From Welwitschia mirabilis (Eukaryota): a DNA stretch of 34,817 nt. Where the stretch lies: the NCBI GenBank assembly GCA_051453625.1, contig JBOZIK010000001.1, forward strand, positions 4,600,071-4,634,887. The letters run 5' to 3'. The position numbers and the translations under genes were made by a program. Positions 12,921-24,687 of this stretch are shown here, piece after piece. The notes beneath the pieces were generated by a model. It saw nothing but the letters and a program-made list of their open reading frames with translations, had not been told where the DNA came from and did no database searches. Every line of letters begins with the position of its first letter. Within the stretch, counting starts at the first letter, position 1.

Positions 12921-13862
12921 TGTTGGACCCATTACCATCACACCAAAAGCCTTGACTTAGGTGGAAACTGGAACCCTTTATATTTACCCACTTGTGGGGC
13001 GGGGCATGAGGAGTGCATATCCAACACTCTCCCCCTCGATTCACATGCCAAATGCTTACATAAATCAGCAAGCCACCAGGGAGACTCGAACCTGAGACCA
13101 GCCAAGAGTCATGGCTCTAATACCAATTGTTAGGCCCATGNNNNNNNNNNNNNNNNNNNNNNNNNNNNNNNNNNNNNNNNNNNNNNNNNNNNNNNNNNNN
13201 NNNNNNNNNNNNNNNNNNNNNNNNNNNNNNNNNNNNNNNNNNNNNNNNNNNNNNNNNNNNNNNNNNNNNNNNNNNNNNNNNNNNNNNNNNNNNNNNNNNN
13301 NNNNNNNNNNNNNNNNNNNNNNNNNNNNNNNNNNNNNNNNNNNNNNNNNNNNNNNNNNNNNNNNNNNNNNNNNNNNNNNNNNNNNNNNNNNNNNNNNNNN
13401 NNNNNNNNNNNNNNNNNNNNNNNNNNNNNNNNNNNNNNNNNNNNNNNNNNNNNNNNNNNNNNNNNNNNNNNNNNNNNNNNNNNNNNNNNNNNNNNNNNNN
13501 NNNNNNNNNNNNNNNNNNNNNNNNNNNNNNNNNNNNNNNNNNNNNNNNNNCCTTTACCATCACACCAAAAGCCATGACTTAGGTGGAAACTGGAACCCTT
13601 TATATTTACCCACTTGTCGGGTTGGGCATGAGGAGTGTATACCAACTTACCAACAATCTCCCCCTCAATTCCCATGCCAAGTGCTCACAGGAATCGGCCA
13701 GCCACTAGGGAGACTCGAACCCAGGACCAGCCAACAAACATGGCTCTAATACCACTTGTTAAGCCCATTACCATCACACCAAAAGCCATGACTTTGGTGG
13801 AAACTGGAACCCTTTATATTTACCCATTTGTCGGGCTAGGCATGAAGTGTGCATAACTAACA
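12921..13862 (-). mobile_element. Tandem-array TRIM (terminal-repeat retrotransposon in miniature)
   Basis: About 106-bp TG..CA LTRs at 12921-13026, 13128-(gap), (gap)-13655 and 13757-13862. tRNA-iMet-type PBS (TGGTATTAGAGCCA on minus) at 13112-13125 and 13741-13754. PPT (AGGGGGAGA on minus) at 13027-13036 and 13656-13665. AATTG TSD at 12916-12920 and 13863-13867. Confidence 0.93.
13141..13550. other. Assembly gap inside the TRIM array
   Basis: 410 N. Confidence 1.
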
Positions 13863-13915
13863 AATTGGTCTTTCTTTTATGGCTTTGTGCCCTTGATACT
13901 TCGCTTGTGAATCCC

Positions 13916-14264
13916 TGTTCACAGATCACTGCAAAATGAGAGTAAGAGATCAAGAACAAAAAGGGAACCAAATCGCAAACCACACAAAGATTTATGTGGT
14001 CAGACCCTCTAGTGCAAAGGAAAACATCCATTAAAGCAAGCATAAAGCTTTTATTAATTCTTCGGCAGAGAAGCAGAAAGGAAAGAGGCATGCATAAAGC
14101 ACATTCACACAAGTGAGTCTCTTACCCCGAAACCCTAAAACATGGGTCTTAAATAAACTTCCAATGCCCCTGAACTGCAAAAGCATTATAGGGTTTGAGA
14201 GTCCCCTTACTCTCACAATATTGGAATCAAAGGCTATAAGGCCAATTTGTCTTCACATGTAACA
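13916..14264 (-). mobile_element. Probable decayed solo LTR
   Basis: TGTT..AACA bounds and ACACAAAGATTTATGTGGT, the reverse complement of a common plant LTR motif. No TSD seen. Confidence 0.4.
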
Positions 14265-15389
14265 CAGTTTTCTCAGGATGCGATTGGTTTCCCCTCTTAG
14301 TGCAAAAGGAATGAAATATAAAATTTCTTACATGCATTAGTAGGTCTAACTAGACCTTGCCAGTCCAGATAGATAGAAGCCCTTAGCTTGTTGTACAGAT
14401 CCAAAACAACGTTTAGGTCATGCATCATGCTGAAATACCTAATTGTTCTACCTCTAGAAGCACCACTTACCTTAATTGTGACCAGAGTGGTAGACTGTAA
14501 CAAGAAGGATTACAGAAAGATGCTTAATCCTAAGAGGGTTAGAGTGTAATCTTTAATTTAATGCTTAAGGAATGAGTCATCATGTGTTACATAAGGTAGC
14601 AATATTAATTATTGCATGTAGCAAAAACATTTCTTGTTCTTTCCAGGGAAGTGCATTATGAAAATGGGGAAGATATGAAAAGACATAGTGTTTAACCCAC
14701 ACATGAATATCAAAAGGTTTTTGACAAATTAGTTATAGAGGAAAAAAGGTTCTTTTAATTCTTTTCTAGTTTAAACAATGCTTTCCGCTTTGGGGAGCAT
14801 TACAATTTCGTAAAATGAGTATTGCAGAATGTTCTGAGTGTGAGTGACTAACTTGCAAGTCGCATCTTAAGAGACCCAAATGAGCTGTTAACTCTTCAAA
14901 CCCCAAGTCAGCTTATGAAAGGTACTATTTAGGACACTGTTTGTCGCTTTTGCCTTGCCAAAAGCAAGTCATGCATCTAGTCACCAAGTTTTTGCCAAGC
15001 CAAAGATTAAGGATGACCTTTATGGCAAAGGTGGGAGTCATACTACGTTGTCTAAAACTATCTCATGTCTCCAACCAGTCAAGGAATCTTTTTTGCTGTA
15101 TCCTGTGTCTTTTCTCAAATTTTATGATCCATAAATAGTAGGTGTTTTAAACAGATATGTGATCCATAAATCTGAGGAGTTTTAATTTGTAAACAGGTTA
15201 TATGATCTGGCATCAAATAAGTAGACAAGTCTATAAATGAAATCAATGCCTTAATTAACTTTGAGGTCCACAAGAAAGTGCAACATGTTATGTCAAAGGT
15301 TGCTAATAATAGAGCTTCCTAAAAGAAATAGGAAACAACTCAGGCACATTTACTAAAAGAAACACATAAGAAGATAAGAATTTTAATAC

Positions 15390-16048
15390 CTTTCTGAGAG
15401 CCAACTGGTTGCTGTTGAGATCTGCTAGTGTATTGCTTTGACACTAACATTGTGTTGCCAACAAGCCCTGGTGTTGCACCAATAGGTGGCTGAATTTTTG
15501 GGTCAAATGCTTTATCATTAGTAGGTGCTGAATGCTCACTAGGTTGTTCTTCCATATGCGAATTGGCAGAATTATCATGGTCAGGTGTGCATGACTGCAA
15601 TACCTCTGTAGATGAAATTGATGGTTGTGTGTCTGTTCCTCGAGAAGCTCCAACAGTTCCAACAACACGTTTGATTGCTCCAACTACAGATAATCGCCCA
15701 TCAGCTGAAGGTACATATACAGGGTCAGGAACAGACGAAGCCACACCAGATGTTGAGATTGGGGTCAATGCAATAGTCTGATGAATTTTGGTTGTTGGTT
15801 TAGTAGGGACTGCTGTTGTCAGAGGTGTTGGAAGAACATCATTTTGTACTGAATTCTGTGAAATGCCTGCTTTAACTGTATTGCCATTTTGTACTGAATT
15901 CTGTGAAATGCCTGCTTTAACTGTATTGCCAGATGTAGCATTTCCAGTAGCACTATTATGATGTTCCTTTAGAGTACTCACTGCATGAGTACTAAATGAA
16001 TTGCTATCTACAGCACTGGTGATTCCATTGGCTGAGACTGGTAAGGAG
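15390..16048 (-). CDS. GIP1: GIP1-like exon 5 (S/T/P-rich)
   Basis: CTTCAG acceptor and AAAG|GTATTA donor, 659 bp open frame. Contains SSVPDPVYVPS and VGAIKRVVG motifs and ends QQQPVGSQK. Confidence 0.92.
15840..15931. repeat. Perfect 45-bp tandem duplication inside exon 5
   Basis: 15841-15885 is identical to 15886-15930. Encodes GNTVKAGISQNSVQN twice. Confidence 0.97.
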
Positions 16049-17915
16049 CTGAAGTTTCACATTACAAAACAAAATAATAAAATAGTTGCACAAACAAACA
16101 ACTTCACAAAATCAAAACATTAAGTTGTCTACCTAATAAGCGGAACTGTTACTAACCACTGAACATTATGGCATTGAAACATAACAATAACCAAACTTGC
16201 AGGTAAGTGAATTGGGGTGGGACAGGGGGTGGAATAGGGGGAAAGAGAGAGAATAGCACCATAAGAGCATTTGTTGTGGGCATCACATTATACCGTAATC
16301 CAAGCAATAACAGGTAGAATGTAGATACACCAATATACCCCCATCAATTTCTTATTTTCACTTACATGCCCCTAGAAATATTCTTTTACAAAGTTCTTTA
16401 GGAGAGACTCAAAATTGTTACAATAAAACATGCAAAACTTAGTAACCTTAAAAGAAAAGCCAAGGAATGACACAAAAGAAATTATACATCAACAAGCTAC
16501 AACAGATATGGTCCCAAGAGTTGCTAGGTGATAAAGAAAGCTAGCAAATCAAACCTCCCATTGATCCTTTAGTCAAATAGCATTCACATTTCTGCAGGAA
16601 GACAAGCAAGCCTATCTAGGCGGAATTATTCAAGCCAAAAGGCTGAACCAATTATACTAATCTACCCATGTTTGTTGGACACTCGGGATATAAGATAAAA
16701 GCTATCCTTGTGATAATTTGAAAGTGTATATGTTCATTCCAATGGCAAACAGAGGAGGACAACGAGTCTATATCAACAAGAAACCTATAGTATGAGAAGT
16801 TCGATACCGTAATGGAACCCATTTAACCATAAGGACATAAAGCTTTCCATGTTGTAAAAACAACAAACGAAATAGTAAAACAGCAAAAAAGGAACAAATA
16901 AAAATTTAACAAGTTTCAGCATGTTTCAAGTCCAGTCCACAGGAAAGGAGTGCACACTTCCATTATTCTTAGCTCAAAAAAGTAATTGTACAAGCATCAA
17001 GAATACAGCTTCAGCTCTAGGATTTCAGAATAAACCTCTAACTCACAAACCCAAAATATGGGTTTAAATATTTGTAGGGTTACAAATGAAAACCTAAACA
17101 TTACCCCCATTTTTACACATTAAAAGTAACCTGAAGATGATTTTCTAATACAACCCCATCTTATAACATTAAAATGGGGACAAACATATAACATCAAGTT
17201 ACAAAGAAATAAAAATATCTTTCACTTCACACAATAATATTCCACTCATCTGGAAAAAAGACAAATAAGCAAGTATCCAACTGCTGAAAGGACTAGGAAC
17301 TCAAGGCTTGCGGTTCCAAACTAAATGGCTTTCATACACATGAAACTGCAAACTACACAAACATAATTTACAAAGATCTTAACTATTTTGTTACTAGTGG
17401 TTTAAATCTTCACATAAAATAGTCCTTGTTTGCATTCTTTAGGATTGTGCTGCACATAGTGTGGCAGTGGTTGCAAGGTTATAAAATGGGCATGCAAAAA
17501 GCACTTGTCTCACTTCAAACCCTTGCTATTCCTCTGTTGTCCATATAACAGGCAACAGGCTTATATCTCAATTCTTAACCCAACTTATCTCAGACTCGTT
17601 ACTCTAACTGCTGATTCCCATATAGGCTATTTGACAATACATACATACAACATGATATGGTTGTGACTTGTTCCATGATGTGTACTTCTGGTTAACAATC
17701 CAAAATGCTTTTTCAAATGTTTTGATTACTGCTAAACAAAAGACTAGCTGCAGACATCTGTAAACATCCGTGGAGATAGCTAACACAAAGTTGGCACCAA
17801 ATCAAACTCCTTTTTGAATCCTTATCTTAATATCATAGGCAACGCAAGTACATGATGTCATGTCAGAATGCTTTTGTAAAACAGAAGTATGATGTTACCA
17901 TTCAAGGAAACTTAC

Positions 17916-18045
17916 CTTGTCACTGACACAGAGACTCTGGTCATGGCACTTTCATTTGTTGAAGTTACAGCTGAACTTACAGATTTGTTTGCTACCTTGT
18001 AAGTACCATTCTCCCTTGTGTTTGAGCCCTTCACACTGTTCGCAT
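17916..18045 (-). CDS. GIP1: GIP1-like exon 4
   Basis: TTTCAG acceptor and AAG|GTAAGT donor. Encodes DANSVKGSNTRENGTYK..., with the family-typical RENG. Phases match both neighbours. Confidence 0.88.
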
Positions 18046-18179
18046 CTGAAATAAAAATTGGCAATACAAATTTCACATAACTAAGTGAATTGAATACCAT
18101 TATAATCTCTGTTACACAACCTAGCACATGAAAACAATGGAAAAGACACAGGGTGGCATGGAACTCAATTGTCATGTAC

Positions 18180-18303
18180 CCTGTGAGACAGGTCGATAGC
18201 TTGCTCTGATGGAACTACGTCCCATGTGGACAAATCCCCTTCCACCTCGACTAGGATTGCCTGGCCTTGATTTCATGTCCATAGGAGGCTGGCTGCTAGC
18301 ATT
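18180..18303 (-). CDS. GIP1: GIP1-like exon 3 (RGG-containing)
   Basis: TTTTCTGCAG acceptor and CAGG|GTACAT donor. Encodes NASSQPPMDMKSRPGNPSRGGRGFVHMGRSSIRASYRPVSQ. Phase 0 in, phase 1 out. Confidence 0.88.
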
Positions 18304-19081
18304 CTGCAGAAAATAAAATACTGAATACAGAATAAGATAAAACAAGACTCTGAATATAAAAAGGCAGTGAGAAAGCTTGAAATGATCAAGCTCCACACTG
18401 ACAACGCATCTCTTGTTCTGACAGAATTAAAGCATCTGAAGCTGCCAATTTTCAAGTTAAAGCTGCATGCATGATGGATATGGAAGAAAAGAATCACTTG
18501 TGTAGCACTTTGCATGGAAGGCTTGTAATGTCTCAAGTTATGGTCAAAACATATGCATGTTAATAATAATTAACTAAATTAAAAGCCTGCAACAACCCTG
18601 TTCAGTAAGGAGGCACCATTATACCACAAAGGACATGACTGATCAGGCAAAATCAGAAAAGGACGACACCCAAGGAAATTTCAAACTGGCTCCAAAAGAC
18701 ATAACATTCCATCTTACCATACTACATTAGCAGCATCACACATTTCATACGAGCCCCTTAAAAGTCGTTTCCCCATGGGTAGGCATAAAATTATCATCTT
18801 ATGGTACAGCCTAGCCATACAGCTCCAACCACTCCACACGCTAACAAAAGACATCCTAGTAAAGATTGGTTAAACACACCATACCTAACAGAGCATAGGG
18901 ATATGGCTATGCAGTTTAGCCAGTAAACAGGAGCTAGTGACAAACCAAGGACAATGCCCATGTCAATTGCAGTCTGATAGAGGACCAAGGAGAACAGTGC
19001 ACATTCACATTCACGTATGTGACCTCTGGGACTATTTCTAGGTCATCACATGACACTGGTCTATAAGGGATGAATTCCTAC

Positions 19082-19552
19082 CAATGACGTAAATGTCGAT
19101 AATTGATCTATGTTGGTGGTTTGAAAAAGTTGCATCGGGGAGACATGTCATCACACTGGCACAAAATGTTGGTGCAAAATTTCAGCAATTTTTTAAAAGA
19201 AATGTGAGAATTATTAATTTCATAAGGGTCATAAATAGTATAAGCTAAAATGAACTAAATCAAATAATTCAGAAAGCATTTGACATGCATAAATGAGTTG
19301 GAAGCCAATTATCATGTAAACGCCCCAAATCTACCCTTTGCAATTCTTTTTATTCTCTAGTTTTTGCCCATTGTGCATGACCTTTTGAGTTTAAGGCGTG
19401 ACATGTCACAAACTTTTACTCATGGCTACATGTCGCTGACTTTTTGAAAATGTCAAGGGAAAATGTCGTCCCACAAAAGACATAAACCCTAGAGGTTTAT
19501 CGGGCTACCTGTTGCCCAATTTTGAAGAAATGTCACCCTTTTTAAATCACTA
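19082..19552. mobile_element. hAT-type MITE
   Basis: Termini CAATGACGTAAA / TTTAAATCACTA. 8-bp TSD ATTCCTAC / ATTCCTGC. Subterminal ACATGTC motifs. Confidence 0.75.
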
Positions 19553-19580
19553 ATTCCTGCTACATATGGCAACATGTAAC

Positions 19581-20375
19581 CAGTGTTTCATTTAGCAACT
19601 TTTCTGCGTCGACTTTTATTGAGTCGGCGCAACTTTTTTTGCCGACTTTCGCCGACTAATCGCCGCCTCCAACTTTCACAGACTAGTCTCCGACTTTCGT
19701 TGACTAGTCTCCAACTTTTTTGGCCAACTAGTCCCTTGTAGTGCATAATAAATCCCATATAGAGATCATAAAAAAATACTAAAGGCATGACTAAACTAAN
19801 NNNNNNNNNNNNNNNNNNNNNNNNNNNNNNNNNNNNNNNNNNNNNNNNNNNNNNNNNNNNNNNNNNNNNNNNNNNNNNNNNNNNNNNNNNNNNNNNNNNA
19901 CGCCGTCTGGGCGCTTAGTCGCCGCGACTTTTCTGTGCCGACTTTTATTGAGTCGACGCGACTTTTTTGCCGACTTTCGCCGACTAATCGCAGCCTCCAA
20001 CTTTCGCCGACTAGTCACCGACTTTCACCGACTAGTCCCTTGTAGTGCATAATAAATCCCATATAGAGTTCATAAAAAAATACTAAAGGCATGACTAAAC
20101 TAAATAAAATTAACAGTTACATGTGTTTAATCTTTTATCATCTCCTCTCCTCAATAATGGCATGAAATAATAATAATTAGTAGTGTATTTCATTTCATTA
20201 TTAAAGTTTTAATTTTTATTTATATCTTATTTACTTATTTCTTTATGTATGTTTTGAGACTGCCGACTTTTTTGGCTGACTTTTTGGCTGACTAGTCTCC
20301 GACTTAACGACTCGATGACTCGACTCTTTTTTTGAGATTGCCGACTTTTTGCTTTCGCCGACTATTTAATCATTG
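19581..20375. mobile_element. hAT-type MITE with (C)CGACT(A/T) subterminal repeats, spanning a 100-N gap
   Basis: Termini CAGTG.. / ..CATTG. Perfect 8-bp TSD CATGTAAC at 19573-19580 and 20376-20383. Dense CCGACT repeats near both ends. Confidence 0.85.
19800..19899. other. 100-N placeholder gap
   Basis: Exactly 100 N. Confidence 1.
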
Positions 20376-21252
20376 CATGTAACTCTTTTTAAATCGCTGA
20401 TTCCTGCTACGTACCCACACTCTTCCACCCAAGTTGGGCAAACTGCCAACCCCACAAGAACATTTCTCTTGTAGCTACTGTTTTCACACTCCCACCATTA
20501 TGTTCTAACATTAAACAATTCATTTCCTTTTATAAATTTAATCCATTTTGTAATATGCAACAAGTCTAACTTGGGCCCAGATGTTGTCCTACACCTTTAG
20601 TACTAGGTGGAACCTCAATTATCACTTACAAAATGTACCCAAAAACGTACATTAGAAGCAGTTGTCACATATATGGAAAAGCTTTTCAATAGGTTTGTGG
20701 CTAGCCCCATTAATTTTGGTGTTATTTTTGCATGTGTGTGATTTTAATTGTGATTTCAAAGCATTCTGTGATTCATCTCTTATTTATTGAGAATATAAAG
20801 CAGCTCTACGTTTTTCCCCACGAATGTAAGCTTCAAAGTGGTTACCATTGTTAAATTTTTGTATTCTCCTAGCTTGATCCATATCTTTGGGTCAGTGTTC
20901 AATCTGTTCACAATCACTACATAATCTAACATTGTCTTTAAGTTTTTATTAAATAACCAAATGCTGTGTAGTTTTAACTATTTCTCCTAGATAAAGGGAA
21001 GTCCATTATGACCTTCAGTACTAAATCTGTTAGTAAACAGCTTTGAATTTTCAAGCAATTGCTGCTTCCATTTTGAACATAACGAAAATAAACATAGCTA
21101 CGCCCTCAAAAAAAATTCCTTAAGTGAATCACATTATAAATGCAGAATAGACTATAGGGAATGTTCTTGCTCCAAGGAACACTAGTCAAATAGAAGTAAG
21201 AACAAGAGAAAATTCCATAAACAGAGAGTTGCATTGTGATGATGGCTCCTTG

Positions 21253-22144
21253 CAATGCTTTAAACAGGACGACATGACACCAAAAAAGGGAGACATGTGG
21301 CCCCATAAACTTTTGTTCAAATAATCTCTGTCAGGGCAACTTTTTGAAAAGACGTTTTGAAAATGTCGCAATACAAACTCAGAAGGTCAGCCAGCAAATA
21401 GAAAAAATCATGACATGAAAGACAAAGCACAGGGCAAAAACATGTCATTTCCAGCAATGTGTCCTCAAATTCGATTGGCATCCTTCAAACGTTTGCCTTT
21501 CTTTGATCTTCTTGTTCATCTGTTGTAGATTTTCTTCTCCTCCTTTAAAGATGGTTTGACCTGAAGATAAAGTTTCGAAATGGTGCAGTTTTTAGAAAAG
21601 GGCAACAACAGTGATTTGCAAGTTTTGTGGCATAAGTCTTTTTGGTGAAGCTACTCAATTAAAACATCACATTGCAAGCATTTTACGGCATGACACTGGC
21701 AAGTGTGCATCAACTTGTATTCTTAATGACACTCGATCTCATATTAGACACTTACATGTTCTTCTTGCTACATGCTTTTTTTCCCACAATAATATGTACC
21801 ATTAGTGTTATTATCGTTTGAACATTTTAATCTCATATTTTTTGGACAGATTCTAAATTTTTAGATAAATTCATGAATATATTTGCAATAATATTTTACA
21901 AATCAAATGCAATGTATAATGTTTCCACAAGATAACTGGTTTTCTAATTGTCTATGTGCTTCAAATGCTTTCTGAATGGCTTATTTTAACGCTTTTAAAT
22001 CTTATATTGTTTATAGATATTGAAAATTTTAAATTCCCTCAATTTGTAAGTAGGAAACAATTTGCGTTGACATGATGACATGTCTCCCCAACACAACTTT
22101 TACAGGCTGCTGACATAAACTAATTGCCAACATTTACATCACTA
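21253..22144 (+). mobile_element. Non-autonomous hAT derivative, an inverted relative of 19082-19552
   Basis: Both ends are reverse-complement homologous to the ends of 19082-19552. TSD-like GCTCCTTG / GTTACTTG (6/8). Internal BED finger remnant. Confidence 0.75.
21551..21703 (+). pseudogene. Decayed hAT transposase N-terminus (BED zinc finger)
   Basis: MV*PEDKVSKWCSF*KRATTVICKFCGISLFGEATQLKHHIASILRHDTGKC. The W...CxxC...LKxH(L/I)A...D..C pattern fits a plant hAT BED finger. Two in-frame stops. Confidence 0.75.
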
Positions 22145-22562
22145 GTTACTTGAAAAGGAGTCCTCCCAGCACAGAAATCAGAGAGGGAGGAAGGAAAGCT
22201 CCAACAGGCTCCACCCCAAAAAAGATTAGACATGATTCTAGGAAAATTTGTAAAGAAATTTGTTTAAAGTTTTTGTGATGTTGATGTGCAGAGAAGAATT
22301 TGCTATTTTTGTGCTTTTATAGATTTTTGTCTTTTTCCCCTAATATGGATACATGTAATGCTTGTGATGGCAACTTCTATGGTTGCACTTAAATTTTTGG
22401 CTTAGTTGGATTTTCCAGCTCGTGTCACAGACACTATGAAACCACGTGAATTTACTCTTCAAAGAAAACAAAAATAATATTGCAGCTTTAGGTGAGTTAA
22501 TTCAGAAATTGTATAATTCAAATAAACTTGAGGTCATGCATTAGAAATATCTGCATAAAGGT

Positions 22563-22925
22563 GTGTCATTCCATGAGGCTCCAAGGATCAATAACCTCTC
22601 ACCTTTTTGGAGGGGTTTTGAGCAAATTAAAGATTACTTCATTACAATTTGGCTGGTCATAAATAATGGTTTCCCAACAAAAGATTATCAATCCTTGTTT
22701 GCAAAAGCACTGGATCGTCATTTGTTTGAGTGGAGGCATGCCATCATACTTAAACAACCTTATTTATTCGTATACAAGATGACTAAAAGAAAATTGCCTA
22801 GAAAAGACTACCTGCACAATTGTTGTCTTTCAGTTGACTCAGCACTCTATCCATTATGTGAGTGCTTTCTCGAAGCTCTGACCATCTTCTTCTGCAATGC
22901 CCTTTCTCCAAGCAACTTTGGATGC
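22563..22925 (+). pseudogene. LINE (L1-clade) ORF2 C-terminal zf-RVT remnant
   Basis: SPFWRG...W...F.Y...RKLPRKDYL...YPLCE..LE, then after a frameshift DHLLLQCPFSKQLW. Confidence 0.75.
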
Positions 22926-23005
22926 ATTGCCCTTTCTAGAAGAATTTTAAATGGAATCAAAATAAGTCTGAACTAGCTTGATTGTGGAAGGTTAAATTCC
23001 ATGCT

Positions 23006-23088
23006 TAACATTTTAAAATTGCTTGTAAGTTGTTGTATAACCATTCAAATAACATTTTAAAATTGCTTGTAAGTTGTTGTATAACCAT
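23006..23088. repeat. 39-bp direct repeat, period 44
   Basis: TAACATTTTAAAATTGCTTGTAAGTTGTTGTATAACCAT at 23006 and 23050. Confidence 0.95.
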
Positions 23089-24687
23089 CTACATGCTTTC
23101 CTATGTACTTAACATCTCCAGACTTGAATTTCCTCTTTTTTGGAGGGGGAAGATACAAACAACAAGGCACATGTCACTACTTCAATTCTAAAAGAATGGC
23201 TTATAGTTAAGCGTGTAGCTTCATCTTGGCTTGAGATGGACCAAAACGATAGTTATTTGAGTGTTTGAGTCCACACATCATTGCTTGTAACCAGAACATA
23301 TGCAAGTAGAATGATTTTTACTCCCACTAAATCACACTACTCAAGTAATATTGCCCTACTGAAGCCACACTATCTCACCAATTGAGAACATAGTATCAAT
23401 AGCAAGATGGATACCTAATACACTCTTGCAGCAGACAAAAACCTTCAGGATTAAAATTGGTTCCACAACTTTCAAGCCTACTCCCATGGAGGAACACAAC
23501 ACAAAGCCCTCTCATTGATCTCTGAATAAAAACCACACCACATAACTACGACTCAAAATCAAGGTAGCATGACTAACCAAAATTTGATAGATCATTTACA
23601 AGTCCATGACCAACATAAGTTAACAGAACTGGGTCTTAGAAAGCATTCAACAAGAGAAGGAAGCTGGCAAGTGTTAGGACAAGTTGTACTTACTAAACTG
23701 AATTCATGAACAATGCATAATACATATTTATACACATGATTGAAAGCTAAAGATACTACAAGACATTCTAGAAAAACAACAAACTAGTTCTAACTGTATT
23801 CTAAGAATGGCCAAGTGCTTACAACTCTATTTCAGAATGGCCAGAATAACAAAACAGAGCAAGCAATTTAAAACAAGCTAAACTTTATAATAAGCAGTGA
23901 CAAATAACTTAGTCTAGGTACATGACTAAGGGATCAACTTCCTTTATAAGTTTGGGGGGTCAACTGCTTTGACTCATTAATGACAAGTCAAATACTTTGA
24001 CTTACCAAAAGATTGATTAAAAAACAAACCCTAAAGTGAACACAGTCTCAAAGGTTTCACTCACCAATGTCAACTAGCATAGTTCATATCTCTAACACCA
24101 ATTGTAGTCAAGCTGGAACTAGTGCAACATAAGGTAAACCCTTTAAGTTCCCTATAAGTATAGCAAAATACTTTTAATTACTTACAAAAACCAAACCCCA
24201 CAACATAACAAATACTCAGTCTTCTACAAACCATAAAATGTCCAACAGTCAGTGGCTAAGGGACATTCTCCATCTTCTCCCTTTCTTTCTCTAAGACCAA
24301 TCCTAACTAGACCACTGGAGAGAGGTTATTAATTAACTACTAACAAGCATACAATCAGTCATTTTACATTATTTCAAGACATCATGAACATAATTCGAAT
24401 AACACAGCCACTTCCTATGTGACTTGCCTTTAGTGATGCCCAACCCTAAAATTTGTTTACCGCATGTTGGCATCCAGTCAAATCTTCCTTCTTCATAGTT
24501 TATAAATATTCACTTTACGTTTTCATGTTGCCCCTAAAGTGTTGTCCCTTTGTGAGGTTATACAGTTACTTTTGTTAGTTTATGAAGCCAAACTTTGTAT
24601 CCCCCTTTGCATGTTAAAAGTTACTTTATGTTGAAGACAGCCAAAAAAGATTTATTTAAAAAAAAAAAAAGAGGGGCATGCAGCCAA

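Noticed and set aside
6747..13749. Long X-filled ORFs across the three large gaps
   Set aside because: Artefacts of translating N runs.
12921..13862. Cassandra element or tRNA gene
   Set aside because: No 5S rRNA-like block was recognised in the short LTRs and no full cloverleaf forms.
19588..20018. Arg/Ser-rich ORFs (SRRRLV repeats)
   Set aside because: Translation of hAT subterminal CCGACT repeats.
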